Below are positions 1-13,748 of a stretch of 64,000 nucleotides of DNA, one piece after another. A model generated the notes under the pieces. The model had not been told where the DNA came from. It did no database searches and saw only the letters and a program-made list of their open reading frames with translations. The translations under genes and the position numbers were made by a program. The DNA comes from Styela clava (lineage: Eukaryota), in NCBI RefSeq assembly GCF_964204865.1, contig NC_135259.1, forward strand, positions 15,872,001 to 15,936,000, given 5' to 3'. How positions within the stretch are numbered: the stretch's first letter is position 1; each line of letters opens with the position of its first letter.

Positions 1-3000
1 GAAGATTCTAGCGATGAAATGAAATGCACTGAAACAACTCACTTTTACTGCAATGACACAGGAGATGTTAAATTCATCTCTATAAATGAGGTTTGATTTC
101 ATTTTGACTCTTAAATATTATATTACAAACTGAGGTATGCTTTTCACATTAAGCCCAAGCTGTTTTGATTTTCACATACTGATAGAGACGTGACAACTAA
201 AATACTATCGCTTTACTAATATATCTTACAGCTCTGTGACGGGAGTCAAGATTGCAAAAGTGGTAGAGACGAATGTCTTCCTGAATGCATTGTCAGCGAA
301 TTTTCAGACACTAATTCAATGATCAAGAATACGTTTGTGCTTGCCATTGTATGGGTGACAAGTTAGTATAATATAATAAAACCTAATTGTACCAACCATT
401 AGGTACGATAGGTTATTTCTTAATTAGTCAATGTATGCAAATTACAAAGCTTGTTAATTTATAGGCAGCAGAATTATTCAAAACGTACTAATCTTTGTAA
501 TGTCCACTCAACGATGCGCGGTCACGCACATAAATGTATCAGTTCAAAAGTAGTTCAGTTCGAATGATCAGGGCAATCAGTAAAATGTAATTTACCGATC
601 ATGCCTAATTAGTGAATTTGCTATTGCAAAATAGCTGTAAAAGATGGAAAATAAATAAATATTTCTATGAATCTCTAGAAAGAAATAATAGGTGTGAATA
701 CAACTTGCTTAATGTTTTGTCTGAAATATTTTTTAAACTTCTTCAAGAAGGCATCTATATATCGGTGTGAGTACATTTGCACCCATACTTTTGCACGCAC
801 CGACATTTGCACCGATACATTTCCACCCATAGATATTAGCACCCGTATACAGATTACACTAGCGGACTATTGTACCCATGTACATGTGCACCCATGTACC
901 TCTCCACTAATAAACATTTGCACGTACGTAAATTTGCACCAATGCACATATACATCCACCAACACTTGTACCCACGAGAGTCTCACGCATATGCATGCGC
1001 CTCATAAACGCACTAATAGTCATGATCTCGGACAACCGTGTTTCAGACAAACTTTAATTAGCAACTATGAATATGCAATCAAAATGAAGACGGATTACAA
1101 ATTCTAAGTAGACCCTATCCTTGGTGAGGTTTGCTTCGTTTTTACTGTCGTTGCGAGGTATAACTCTTTCCCAGTTTTATCGGTCATTTTCCTCCGATGA
1201 AATAACGCAAACGTAGTCAAATGCGCGGTGTTTAGCAGACGACGGGGGAAGAAACTGGACAAGTCAAGTCAAGTTTATTTTTGGTCGTACATAAATTAAT
1301 CAAGTCAGTGTTAAATCACTTGTACAAGACAAGAGAGAGGGTCTTTAGGTACGCGGGTACAAAAGTACCTGGGTGCAAACGTAACTGGGTGCACATGTAC
1401 GTGGGTGCAAACGTAACTGGGTGCACATGTACGTGGGTGCAAATGTACGCGAGTTTTAAAGTACCTGGGTGCAAATCTCCACCGGTACAAATGTACGTGG
1501 GAGGAAATATCCATGGTTGCAAATATTCATGGGTGCGAATGTTCCTGAGTGCAAATGTTCATATGTGCAATCTGGTGATCGTGCATTTGAACCCACGCAC
1601 ATTTGAACCCATGTGTATATGCGCGGGTTCAATCTATATGCGGGTGTTAAAATACATGGGTTAGGGTTAGTATGGGTTCATTATCCGAAAAACAAAAAAA
1701 TTTCTATAGGTGCAATTGTCGTGGGTTCAAATGTACGTGGGTTCAAATGTACGGGAACCATGCAATCTGTATGTGGGTGCAAAAATCTGCGGGTGCAAAT
1801 GTATGGATGCAATTGTTCATGAGTGCAAATGTCCGTGGGTGTGAAAGTATGCAGGTGCAATTGTCCTGGGTGCAAATGTACACGGGGTCAAAGCCCACGG
1901 GATCAAAAACCTTATTTATCAATCTATCTTTGAACATAAATTTGCCAATTCTTAAATGCTTTTTTATCAGGTACCGTCACATTGGCAGGAAATGCGTTCG
2001 TGATTATTTTCTCTATAATCAAGTTATTCAAGAAGAAGAATTATAAAAAGAATGCTATGATCAACAAAATCTTGATCTGTAATCTGTCAGCGTCTGATTT
2101 TCTCGTTGGGGTAGATCAACTTAAATATTTTAGTTAAATTTTTGAACATCTTTAAAATCTGTAATCTGTCAGCGCCTGATTTTCTCGCTTTAGTAGATCA
2201 ACTTAAATATTTTAGTTAAATATTTTTACAACATATGATTTAACTCAGGTTTACACATTCTCCATATGCATGAAGAGTTTGACAATGCAAGGTGAGTACT
2301 GCAAAGAAGATGTAGAATGGAGAAGTGGAATTACCTGTTCTGCTATTGGAGCTTTGCTTATGATTGGAACAGAGTCTTCGGTTTTTACTCTCACGATCAT
2401 TACAGGATTTAGAGTACATACTGTTCTCAGGTAAATAACACCGTAAAATTGCTTACATTATTGCCGTGCGTTGATATAAATATATATTTCAGACCATTTG
2501 TTGAAGTTAGCCTCAGAACAATCCGTTATTTTATTGTATTGTCATGGACTCTTGCTATTGCTATTGCTGTGATTCCGTTGTTGCCAGTTACTGAAGACTA
2601 CTTTGTGAACAATGTGTGGTATGAGAAAAATTTTTGTTGAATATTGTGTGAAAAAAATATAAAATGTTCTCTGTCATATGTATTAGTTACTCTATTATTA
2701 GAATTTTTTGGTTATCATGGGTCGGCATTTCCTCGAATTCCTTCTTTTCAAATAAATTTTTTCTTTCTGTCGGAACCTCAGATTCTAATAAAAGTTACGT
2801 GTACACTTTTTGGCCACCATAATAAAGTCTTTGTTAGAATATATGCTTGACAAGAATTGGCATTTTTTAGAAATCTGAACTTTTCTGTGATAAAGTGTTT
2901 TTCAAACTTGGGCTACTCAGTCGGTATTCCACAAAATTGTTTTTACTGAGATCTCAATCAATGTCCACCAAGAGTTACAGTAGGCGATCTACTGATATTG

Positions 3001-4513
3001 CGCAAATATTTGCTGACAATGACAAACAATTTACAATTTCAGGTTGAGTCAAAATCCATTTTTTTCAATAATCAACAAAAACGAAATAAGGGGAATAAAT
3101 CAATGGATTTCAACAATACAAACTGAAGATAAAGATAATTTAACGTAAGGCAATTTTTTAATTGATATAGCATTCAAAAATATTATGTTTAACATTTTGT
3201 TTTTTAACAGATTAAGTGACTCATGGTCAGCATTGGAAACTATGCTCAAAAGACTAAATCCTAAATTCAATATTGACCGGAAGTTTGGATATTACTCAAC
3301 TCATACCGTTTGTCTCCCGACAGTATTTCCAAATCCAATGAAAGATATGGCATGGGGTTATTCACTAATCTTTCTCATCGTCAATTTCTTGGCCTTTTTT
3401 GTAATTTCAGTCGGATATTTTGTGATATATAGGTAAGAACAACAAATTGATTACTGAGTTTTCAAAGTGTGTTCATCGCATAAAAAAGTGTAAAATTTTC
3501 ATATTACCGACAGAAAATCAATTCGAGGAAATAAAGCATTGACCAACCAACAGTTAAAGGAAAGAGCAAAATCCATGCAGAAAAAAGTTACCGTGATCAT
3601 CATAACAGATTTGTTGTGTTGGATGCCAATTTGTATCATGGGATTTCTACAAGTTGCTGGTAACTATATCGCGAGAAAACTCAATTGTGGCCATGTACTG
3701 TGAGGAAATATAGCTTAATAGCATTACCAATTTATATAAAAAAAATCTGGTTATACGTATAAATAGAAAAATAATTAGGTTATGTAAAAAGTTTTCAAAG
3801 CGAGGCATAACCTTAAATTTACTTTGATGATTGCAATGACAATTGTAATATATATTACAAATTATCTATTTGCAAGAACATTATGAATAATGCTTTAATC
3901 ATTTATTTTTTCATGAAGGCATAGATATACCAAACGACGCTTATCTTCCTGTTGGGCTAATGATCATACCAATCAACAGCATGATAAATCCTATGTTGTA
4001 TTACGCTCCTCCCACACCTATCAAATATATTATGGCTTCGTTCACCAGAAAAAGAGTTCATGCAAGTAAGTATGCAAAATTTGTATTAAACCGAAGTAAG
4101 AAAATTGGTAAGTAAATGATTTTTGAAATTACCCGGCAAAACTCCACATATATAGCAATTTCCCAGTTTTGAAAAATGTTCCAAATTTTTTTTATTTTCC
4201 GGGGAGACTTTAGTGAAAGTCGAATAGGCAACCGGTGCTGCGTTAGACCTTCTTGTGCATATATTTGAGTATCGCTTCATTGTTGAACACGGCAATTTAT
4301 TCTTGCTATTTTCCAAATTACTTCATACCAATGTTTAACTCTAGCACTAGCTTCATCTATTGCAGTTTGATGTATTGTAATATGATGGTAATAATTAATT
4401 TACTTTACCTAAATGTTCATTATTCGTCGTATCATTGTGCTTCAGAACACAAGCATGCAGCCGAAACCCCACAAAAGAAAATTGACAAAAATGGAAAACA
4501 ACATGAAAATTGA
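1..4513 (+). CDS. LDLa-domain rhodopsin-class GPCR (GRL101/RXFP-related, no LRRs between LDLa and TM1); 5' end outside window
   Basis: GT-AG exons about 1-90, 232-361, 1971-2110, 2249-2430, 2493-2618, (2921-3042 uncertain), 3211-3432, 3514-3659, 3919-4065, 4446-4513. They give LDLa motif CDGSQDCKSGRDE, TM1 LAGN, TM2 NLSASDFLVG, ECL1/TM3 WRSGITCSAIG..ESSVFTL, TM6 ITDLLCWMP and TM7 PINSMINPMLY. Confidence 0.85.
763..1885. repeat. Foldback-like array of degenerate ~15-bp repeats (CATTTGCACCC / GGGTGCAAATG) in GPCR intron; probably one or two non-autonomous DNA elements
   Basis: 770-975 and 1580-1612 carry the motif in one orientation; 1345-1575 and 1705-1885 carry its reverse complement. GGGTTAGGGTTAG lies at about 1658-1670. 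Confidence 0.7.
2076..2221 (+). repeat. Local ~65-bp duplication of a GPCR exon end plus intron start
   Basis: tctgtaatctgtcagcgtctgattttctcg..gtagatcaacttaaatattttagttaaat occurs at about 2077 and again at about 2158. Confidence 0.85.
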
Positions 4514-4658
4514 ACAAGTATAGGTATCTTGGCGAAAGAGCACTTCTAAATAGATTGAAAAACATGGACGACTTTGTTACATGGGCAACATATAAAATTG
4601 ACAATTTTACTTCTCAAACATGAAATATTTAGAGACACAGTTTCAGTATTGAAATTTT

Positions 4659-4851
4659 GGTACTCCCGTAGTATGTGTACCAAGTTAGGGTTAGGCCATA
4701 ATTTTATTCCTATTTTCCTTATTAGTGTGGGGACTGACTGTGTTAGCCAAGAGAATATGCCCATAGGTTGCCGTCCCTCTACCCAACTTGATGTAAAGTA
4801 GGCGAACAAAATCAGTTATCTCCATATTGGTACACATACTTCTAGAGCGCC
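4659..4851 (+). mobile_element. MITE family A copy (~200 bp, imperfect ~24-bp TIRs, internal GTTAGGGTTAGG)
   Basis: GGTACTCCCGTAGTATGTGTACCA...TGGTACACATACTTCTAGAGCGCC; homologous to copies at 25800, 37324, 46611 and 60693. Confidence 0.85.
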
Positions 4852-6181
4852 GAAATTATTCCTGTTAGGATACTGTTCAAAATTTGAGGACTAAAGTTCA
4901 AATATTATTGAGTTTCGACTTTTGTGAACAAGGCAACATACTAATATTTGATATTTGTCAGTAATTTCATTATAAATATTAAGTTGAAAATGTTCTGCAA
5001 TTAATCGATGAAATCTCACTTTTCGGGATAGATTGTAGAATTCTTTCCAATTCTAAATAGATGAAAGTTTGCTTTGTATGTTTATATATTAACTCAATAT
5101 TATTTAGTTTATATTATTCAGTTTGCCCAAATGTAAATTTTTTTGTTATCTAATTATTTTCGTCATTATGTCGTCATCTAAATTTCGAAAACATTTGCAC
5201 GATGAAACCAGGGATTGCGGCCATGGTTCAATAAAAACACTTGCAATCAGAATCTGTCTTTCAGAGAAGTGTACAACATTCAACGAAAGTTTGACTATGG
5301 GATTAAATTGCAGTTTAATTTGCATTGTTATTTTGTGGTTAAGTTATATTTTGCCATGTGTCTCCTGTTTTAATTTGATATGTCATAGTTACTTCTATCG
5401 CAACCTTCTATTTCCAAATTGGAGAACTGATTCAGGTTGTCAGCTTTCTCTCCGAGTTAATTCGATATAATTTGTCTTTCTTCGACTTAGTGTTTGATGT
5501 TATAAATCATGTTTGATCATGCTGGACTAAGAGTCCTAAAATGGAAAACTATTATGGTAAAATATTGTGAAATCGTCAAGAGCAACATCTAAATTAGCGT
5601 AGGCGATCACCCAATGGAATAATCACAAAACCAATTACAGAAGCAAGACATTTCGTAACTCAATTTCAATTTTTGCCCCATCGAAAATCACCCCATTTGT
5701 TATTGTTCACTTAGATCTTCGCTGTCGTAACGTAACAACAAATTCTTGATCTATCAATTCTAATATTTTGCCGTTATACCGTTACCACGCATAAAAAGTT
5801 GACAACCACTGCTATCGATCACTGATCTTCAATCTACTAGAACATGACATGTAGAAATATATATATATTTATTAATTTTAATTTTTCGACATTTTTCAGT
5901 TTATTCTACAATTCACTATTACTTACAGCATTACCAATGACAATTCGCGATTAGTTATCGAGCGAGCAAACTGGCGACAAAGTTTTAAACGGAGCAATGC
6001 ATTGCAACCTTCAAATTTGTCCAATTGTCGGCTTTGTTAATGCTTATTATATTGCGCATTTACAGTTTCTTGAGAAATTTGTAAATCATCGTTGACGTGT
6101 TTCTACGGCCTAACACTACCAATATTTTACTGCCCAGAAATCGTGACCCCTTACTCATTTCAATCAATACCAAGTTTTCTG

Positions 6182-9052
6182 TCAAGTGTCTTTGTATTTT
6201 TCTTCACATTTTGCAACAATGTATAGTGTTTCTTTAAAAATATCTTCTAATTGTAAATACTGAAGAACTGTAAAATAAAATAAAGTGTACATTAGAGCAT
6301 ATTTTAAATGTTTAAAAGTTAATCGAGTCGTAGATGATACAGATCATCAAATTCGTATACGTATTCAGCGAACCCAACTTTAGATCGAGTTTCGATCAGA
6401 ATTGCAATATGCCTTCTGAATTCTAGTAACTAATTGAAGGTGGATATATTTCAATAAATTGCTTTCATTTCATTAGTTTTTAATTTTCTTCTGAGCTCAT
6501 TCCGGTTTTATTACTTGTGAATTGACTGAATAAAAACGCCACCGCATGGTTTTCTACAACAGTTGTTTCCGTCAGAAAGGTGCTCATTCAGCGGTAAATT
6601 ACCCGTACTAAGTGGTATGTACATTTATGTTACCTGTGTATGCCGTTCCACCAATTACACCAAGTAACAGTAATATGTTGATCATCATCAGTATAACAGA
6701 AATATTACGATATCTTCTCGCAATGTCCCGCACTTCACCGATTTCGTCTGAAAATATTTTCACGCTTATTTTGGAAGATTTTTATGATTAAAATAAAAAA
6801 ATAAAAACGTTGATCCTAACTTGTCTAAAACTGATTATATAACCAAAACTGAATTTGTTGACACAATGAGCTAGCTATTCGTATTTAAACAAATATAAAA
6901 TAGATGGAGCTTAGCATATTGATAAGCTAATTCAATAGTTTTATCAATTAGCATAAGAGGTATGGCGCAATCGAGAAGGAAAATTCACCAGAATTTCTGT
7001 TGTACTACAAATAATTATTTTATGTATATCTCAAATCGATAGAAAATATGTATTGTACCTACCTTTCAAATAGGCTTGATAGGTGGAGTAGTCGGTAGCA
7101 TGAGACATCACACTTTCTTTATCTGCCAAACTGCGTTCTTCAACTTGTGTTTCAGCATCATATTTGCCGATGTTGGGACAAGGAAATTTACAAACTCTCA
7201 CACCCTCTTCGCCAATCGGATGAAGTGGGGACACGCATTGTACTGAAACGTCTAAATGTGGGTATCTCGAGGTATGATCAAATTCTGACAAATTCCGCTC
7301 TGACAAATTCTGCTCAACCGGCAGTAGCGGATTTTTTTCAGTGGTGTCGTCCTCTTTGTGAACGTTAGTAGATAAAAAGTCTGGAGATTGAGGTTTGAAT
7401 CCTTCCACTATAAGCTCTCCCGCCAGAAATGACGTCAGAGATGATTGTTGTACTGGAAAATCATCTCGATTTCCCTGCAATGAAGCAACTTTCTTCACAA
7501 TGATGTCTTCTGAAACCCTGCTGTCAAGTTCCATTTCGCTTTCGTCATCTAAAAAATTGTCATTCATTTCGTTGATAACTTCTGCAAATTCAGCTTTCAT
7601 GCTCTTTCTCCTAATGACGTCACTGTTTTTTCTAACCACTGGAGAAACTTTTTCTTCAGATATTTTATTCTCGGATAGAAGAAAGTCACGTGAAGTTCTT
7701 TTAAAAAAACCTAAGACCGATGTTTGATCCGCAATATCGTCAGTAGATGAGTCACCACTTTCTTGATTCGTTTCTCCGAGTGTGCTACTTCTCCTCTGTA
7801 CAATAGAATTGATAGTAGACAAAATAACTTGGTCACTCTGATCTGTTCCACTGACGTTATGAAACGTTTTTTCAGTCGTAATTTCTGAAATTGTACCGTC
7901 CTTCAAATGATCTCCAATCTCAAGCATATCACTACTTCGCTTAAACATACCGTTTGCTGAATTAGTGGGTGTATTTGACTTCTCTATATTGAGGCTTATA
8001 ACACTTCTTTTATGCGTTTCACTCAACTTGCTATCAAGTATTTCTTCATTAAGATCTTCCGCGCTGCCGGTAGAATGCTTTGCGCTGTGTTCGAGGGAAG
8101 TCTCCCTCAATATATTGTTGCTTTCGGGATCCACAATCGATCTGGTGTTTTCTTCTTTCGAGGTTGTAACATCAGTCAACGCAAAGTCAAGGGTGTTCTT
8201 TTTCAAGCGCGATTTGCCTGTAATATTCGATAATTCATTTCTGGATGATACTTTAAAGTTGGGATTTGGACCGCCATTGAACCTACAGCATTCTTCAGCT
8301 CTGCAGGGAAGATCTTTCGAAGATCTTCCATTTTTGGACCGTCGTTCTTGGGATAAAATTTTTCTAGATATATCAACCGAAGACTCTGATTTTCCACTGT
8401 CGAAAATTTCAATATCTTTTCTTGATTTTTCGATATATTCTTTTTCGTTGTCACCTACGGTCTCATAATTTGCATCGCTACCTCCGAAGGAATTTACATC
8501 AATTGACATAGAGCTTTTCTCGTTTTCAAGACGTTTTAAGATTGGCATTCTATGGTATTTTACACGCATTTCGTGTACTTCTGACAGATCATCTTCAGGC
8601 ATAGATAGCTCATGTCGTGTCGAAATTTCCCTTCCTTTCAAATCTGTACTCAACTTGTTGGATATTTTGTTCACTACAGCACAATCTAATGAACTTAGGT
8701 TCCCGGATGTACCTGGTCCATCATCTGGAATTCTTACTAAATTTCCGCAACCAGTTTTTACCATTTGTCCTGCAGTGGAATTGTTCTCCAGACCTTCGAC
8801 GTCCCGACAACAAATGTTATCCGCACGACAAGGTCCGTCTTTTTTGTTCAACTTGGTTTCCGAGCTCGTGGTTCCAGTTTGTAAATGTTGACTCGGTTCG
8901 GTACCATGTAAATATTGCTTAATTTCTACGCTTGCTCTACGTAGAAAAGACAACAGCAACGGATCTTTATTTGATTGGGTCAAAATTTTTGAACCCTCCA
9001 ACTTTGCAATCGATTGGGTATTCGGGTTGCCGTTTTCCATGACATCAAACAT
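6182..9052 (-). CDS. Uncharacterised ~730-aa S/E/D/K-rich protein with a single C-terminal TM segment
   Basis: 674-codon ORF with donor AAAG|GTAGGT at 7063. In-phase exon 6747-6634 (DEIGEVRDIARRYRNISVILMMINILLLLGVIGGTAYT) and terminal exon 6267-6182. True start uncertain. Confidence 0.7.
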
Positions 9053-9800
9053 CAAAAACTCACGATATGCTATTATAAATAATTTGAATACTTTGCAAAA
9101 AAGTTAACATACAGTTGTGATGTCATAATCACATTAATATTATGCTACGAGACGCATTTCGAAACCCGGCCAGTTTTATTTGTAAATACCCAGGTAATTT
9201 TCGATGTTCACATTGTTTGTCAATTACAATTAGCAGAACGCGACAGCTCACATGCCTCCATACCAACAGCATTTTAGGGGTTTCCAAATTATAGTTTGCT
9301 TTACTTGAAAACGTGATGTTATTTGTACACTGTTTGATCGTGACCAATGAACGTTCAACTTAACTCGCATTTGCATCAAGTTTTATAAGTTTTCTTCGTT
9401 CTCGGTGCCAAAAGTGTTTCATTATCACTGCAAATCCAAACCCAAACACTCAAAAACATCCTTTTTGCTTCCTAAAATTAGATATAAAACGAATTCGACT
9501 TGCCTAAGTAACGATGCAGTAATTTGACCATGGCTGCCGATCCAATAATTGTGACAGAACAAATAAACGGATAACACCTGGTTTTGTTTTTACCAGTAAA
9601 AGAAATGCAAAAACTGTACCGAACAATAACCGAAGTAACCTAGCTTGAATGACATTTTGCAGTACATATATATGTATAATGCATGCATCAGTGCTCCCTT
9701 TGTGCGTAAGATCATTGCTATTTGAACTCGATAAATTATCTCATATGACGTTTTTGGAACGACAATTATTAAAATAAAATAAAATGAAATAAAAAAAAAC

Positions 9801-10031
9801 TCATAGTAACAGTTTATGATATAGAGAAACATAAATCAGGAGTAATGTCGAAACATTCGCCTTTCCTTCTTTCCTTGGCGAACAATGCTCGCAATTAGCA
9901 TCGTCTCCAACCTTATGAGAATGAACAGGTTTTGTTGTTTTCTGCACATCATTCACTTGCTCCGGTTTTCCAGATTCGAATTGAGACTCCGACTTTGCCA
10001 CAAACCCTGTTTCTTCGACGACAGTTGGCAT
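9801..10031 (-). CDS. Putative short coding exon (MPTVVEETGF...), possibly spliced to exons near 9577-9529 and 9471-9376
   Basis: ATG directly preceded by acceptor-like catttag and plausible composition, but no strong donor found. Confidence 0.35.
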   Translation of the reverse strand: MPTVVEETGFVAKSESQFESGKPEQVNDVQKTTKPVHSHKVGDDANCEHCSPRKEGKANVSTLLLIYVSLYHKLLL

Positions 10032-10212
10032 CTAAATGTTGTTGAGAAATTAACGGAATAACGTATAAGTATAAGTATTTCAGAGTGAAGTGTCAAAGGA
10101 AGTGCAATAGTAATATGCGAGTTGCGATACTATCGGTGATTTTTTAGCTTCGAGCAATCATATTTGCATTGATATTCCTTGTAGAATGGTTTCATCGTTA
10201 GTTTTTTTACAT

Positions 10213-11572
10213 TAAGTTTCTGTTCCGTGGATGCGCACAACAGCTCGACAGACGGTCTTTGACTACTGCGCCTTTTCAAATCTTTTGTAGTGAATTGATG
10301 TTATTTATGCAGCTTCGTGAGTCTCGTGACAGAAAATATTCACTCAAACAATATTGATCAATTTGTAAAAACAAGGTCACGCAAAGTTATGCGTTTGAAT
10401 CCCCAGCTTGTCATTTCATTTTATAACTTTCAGACTCGTTTCAACAAATTCGCAATGCAAAGGATTCTGGAGATTGAGATGATTGTAATGGAAGTCCGAC
10501 TGACCATGGCAGTTTGATAAATCTTAATTGATTTATAGAATTACTGGACCAATCGTTTTCAAGTTCTCATTCAAGAGGTAAGGAATATATGCAATGCAGG
10601 CCGCCAGTTTCAAACGAGGACCGGTAACTTTCACGCTAATATATCTGGCATATTGTCTCGATTCAAGAGTGTTTTTATTTCCAGTCCACTCGTAATATTA
10701 ACAACGACTTATTCTGATCAATATCACGATTCAGAATCGAATATATTTCTCAAGTAAGCAATTTCAACGAATTCGAAGACATGCAAACGAATTCGAAACA
10801 TGCAAAATAAAAGGCATGAATAATGTTTATAAGATGTCATGAAAGCGAAGCAAAATTCGACGATTTTAGTTGGATTTTGTCAAGACAAATTGCCCATAAA
10901 TTACGAAAATTCAAGGTTTTGTCTATTCATATAAGGTTGACGAAATATCAGGCAAACATACCCAGGAAAGGGTTATATGCAAAACTACAACAATGAAACT
11001 TTGCATTGCCAAATGCGACCATGACTAATCCTTCAAAAATGTGTAATTAGAAATAATTCTCTCAAAAACAGCAACGTTTTTTTATGTTATGAAATTGGGA
11101 GGGTGAAGGCACTTCATAAAAGTAAATTTTATTTGCATAGGATTCGATAATTGGCTATAAAATTGTTATATTTTCCGATATCATAATATTATATATACCA
11201 TTCTCGAATTCCAGATGAAACAACTCGATAAAATTTCGGCATAACAATTATATCAGAATAAATTAATAGTGAGAGTTGAATTATTTGATAAAAATGTCAC
11301 TTGCATTGCAAAAGATTGAAAAGACAAAAAGTTGACTTGACCTAATGGCCAATTAATCTTTGTTATTTAGTATAAATTTGAGGCGCAATAAAACAAAATG
11401 TAAATTGTCATTCTTACGTTTCTAAAAATACACATCTCTTGGGTAAATAGGAAGTCACAATTCATAGCAGTACAGAAAGATTGTTGCATTATGCCCACAT
11501 ACTGTGCACAGTATGACTACATGCTATTGCAACCAGAGTAAACCTACTATATAAAGAAATAATACAAACACA
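10213..11572 (+). repeat. ~1.35-kb duplicated block, copy 1
   Basis: Colinear high similarity to 16315-17640, from taagtttc.gttccgtggatgcgcacaacagctcgaca to aaagaaataa.acaaacacag. Confidence 0.95.
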
Positions 11573-11701
11573 GATACGGATGACGAGAAGTTCATTGAAG
11601 ATAGGACCTCTATATGAGTATACCGAAAGATTATGTTTTTATTACCATGCATAACTTTATATTTTTATCCAATATAACAATAAAATAGACCAACTCCATA
11701 T

Positions 11702-12520
11702 CGTCACGCTAATAACCGAATTGCGTAAGTCATTTTTAGCAGTTTTGAGAAAAACGTAAAAAACTTCCTAATGAATTTGTTATGCAATTGAGAGTCAATA
11801 ATTTGCCATGGTTCAATTTTTTGATCGTAGCCGGATTTAGGTTAGTTTGTATGACGAAGTTAAGTGACGTCATAATGACGCACTGTGACTTAGGCAGAAA
11901 TGTGTCTATGACTTGGGGACATACGCAATTTTGCAACTTCACTATATGCACCAGTCCTGAAAACTTAACATTCCAAAAACAAATGTAATTCCCAGTATCT
12001 ACAATGTCTAATCCCCAAAATAGCTAATCAGTTTCAATTACATTATTTTTTATTTTTAAAAATATATATTTCATCAATATAACACGTTCTGCACACCCAC
12101 CGGAATAGGACTAAGATTAAATATAAAGAATAAAACAGCAATGCACCCAATATAAAAGCCAACCAAGGTAAATTGGACTCGGACATTGAATATCACAAGT
12201 GCACGTCTTCCTATACTGTAGTAAAAATCAAATTAATACGCGCTAAGCTAGAATCCGAGATGCAAAAACTCGAAAATACTTCGCCGAAGTTATTTTGCCT
12301 TTGTGACGTCACAATAGTACTGCGGTAAATGATAATTCATTATGACGAAACAATTACACAAATGTGCATGTCATACTAAATCTCCATTTTTATGGGTTTC
12401 GGAATTCCTAAAATAAAATCTGAGTTAACAGACAGGTGCGCAGCATTACATAAATACCTATTTTATAAAAAACTCAAAATCGCCAAAAATGACTTACGCA
12501 ATTCGGTTATTAGCGTGACG
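11702..12520. mobile_element. Non-autonomous TIR element (819 bp) flanked by ATAT
   Basis: Perfect TIR CGTCACGCTAATAACCGAATTGCGTAAGTCATTTTT, extending imperfectly to about 48 bp; ATAT at 11698-11701 and 12521-12524. Confidence 0.9.
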
Positions 12521-13748
12521 ATATGACGATTCCAACTGGGATCGGCTTGGGATCGATACAGCTTACCGATCGCTTATGAGAAACAAGTAAATGCCTTTTT
12601 TGTTTGATTTCGAGTGGATTGCAACCAGAATAACATTAGTCATTTTGCAGGGTTAGAGAATGTAAAATGCCGATAAAATTCACCTCATAAATGTATGAGA
12701 GTCCGATATCCTGATGGGAGCAAACCTTTGCTATGAGTTTTCACATAAAAATATTTGGTATACGCTAAACACACGAAGCTCTAAAGTTGTAAACAGTCTG
12801 TGATCCTACAACAGCAATATTCTTGACAATTTAGCAAAATATTCTTTTGCAACAAATCAAACCGAATTTTTGAAATTTAAGAACTAGAAGAATATGTCTT
12901 ATTCATTAGGGGAAAGGCAGGTTAGTTGACTCGCTAGTTTAGTTGATACAGAGCTCCTCACGTTTCGTTTGATGCGAAGAATATACTTTACCCATTCCAA
13001 CGACGACTTTATCCTACTCATGACATGCGTAGTTTTCACACAACATCTCCGTTGAATAACATTTTTCAATCTACTCATCTCTGTTTCGTTTAAATCACGC
13101 GTGACAACAAATCAAATGTCAAAAACACTAAGTATACACTGTTATAATTATTTATTTTCGAACCTATCCCAAGTGCAAGAAATAAAGTGACTAAAAGAGA
13201 CACATTAAGCTTTTTAACATTAGGCTTTATGGAAAATGCAGTCATCAGAGCATAAAATCACATTTTTCGCGGTTTAGGTAAAATTATGTATTGTTTGGCG
13301 TGTACCATGCAAGATTCACATTTTGTAGTAGTTTCTTACTTCCGTTGATGTAAACAGTAGTTAATTTTTTCTTACGCGAAACAACTTTGAAAACAGGAAA
13401 TCTATTTCCCCCCTTTTTTTTTGCTTTCGCTGTTCTTGCACAATATCTCGCCGTTAGACGGATTAATTTTAACAATATTCACTTCGACAAATCTGCAATC
13501 GCTTGCCTTGCTAACTGACGAAAAATATATAATTGTTATTTGAAAATACTAATCTAACCAAAATTACAAAAATTATATGATTTTGTGCTCCAGTGACCAC
13601 ATTCCTCATGATGTTAGAAACTGTTCATGCAACTTCATTTATTCTTCATTCGGAATAACTTTGATCTATTCATTGAGAATGTATATATTCCCATTGACTA
13701 ATTGAACATGTGCTAGTATATTTAAATGAATGTTCGTATTTAAATATG

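Noticed and set aside
1658-1670. TTAGGG repeats as an interstitial telomere
   Set aside because: Only two units, embedded in dispersed repeats.
694-2046. Cluster of Cys/His/Val-rich ORFs
   Set aside because: They are translations of the degenerate repeat inside a GPCR intron.
5147-5325. Minus-strand peptide ending LVSSCKCF, reminiscent of a TGF-beta C-terminus
   Set aside because: In-frame stops upstream, no acceptor, and the other cystine-knot cysteines are missing.
7147-8922. Plus-strand ORFs over the 674-aa ORF
   Set aside because: Antisense shadows of a coding exon.
13165-13655. Weak inverted similarity suggesting an old MITE
   Set aside because: Too degenerate to define termini.
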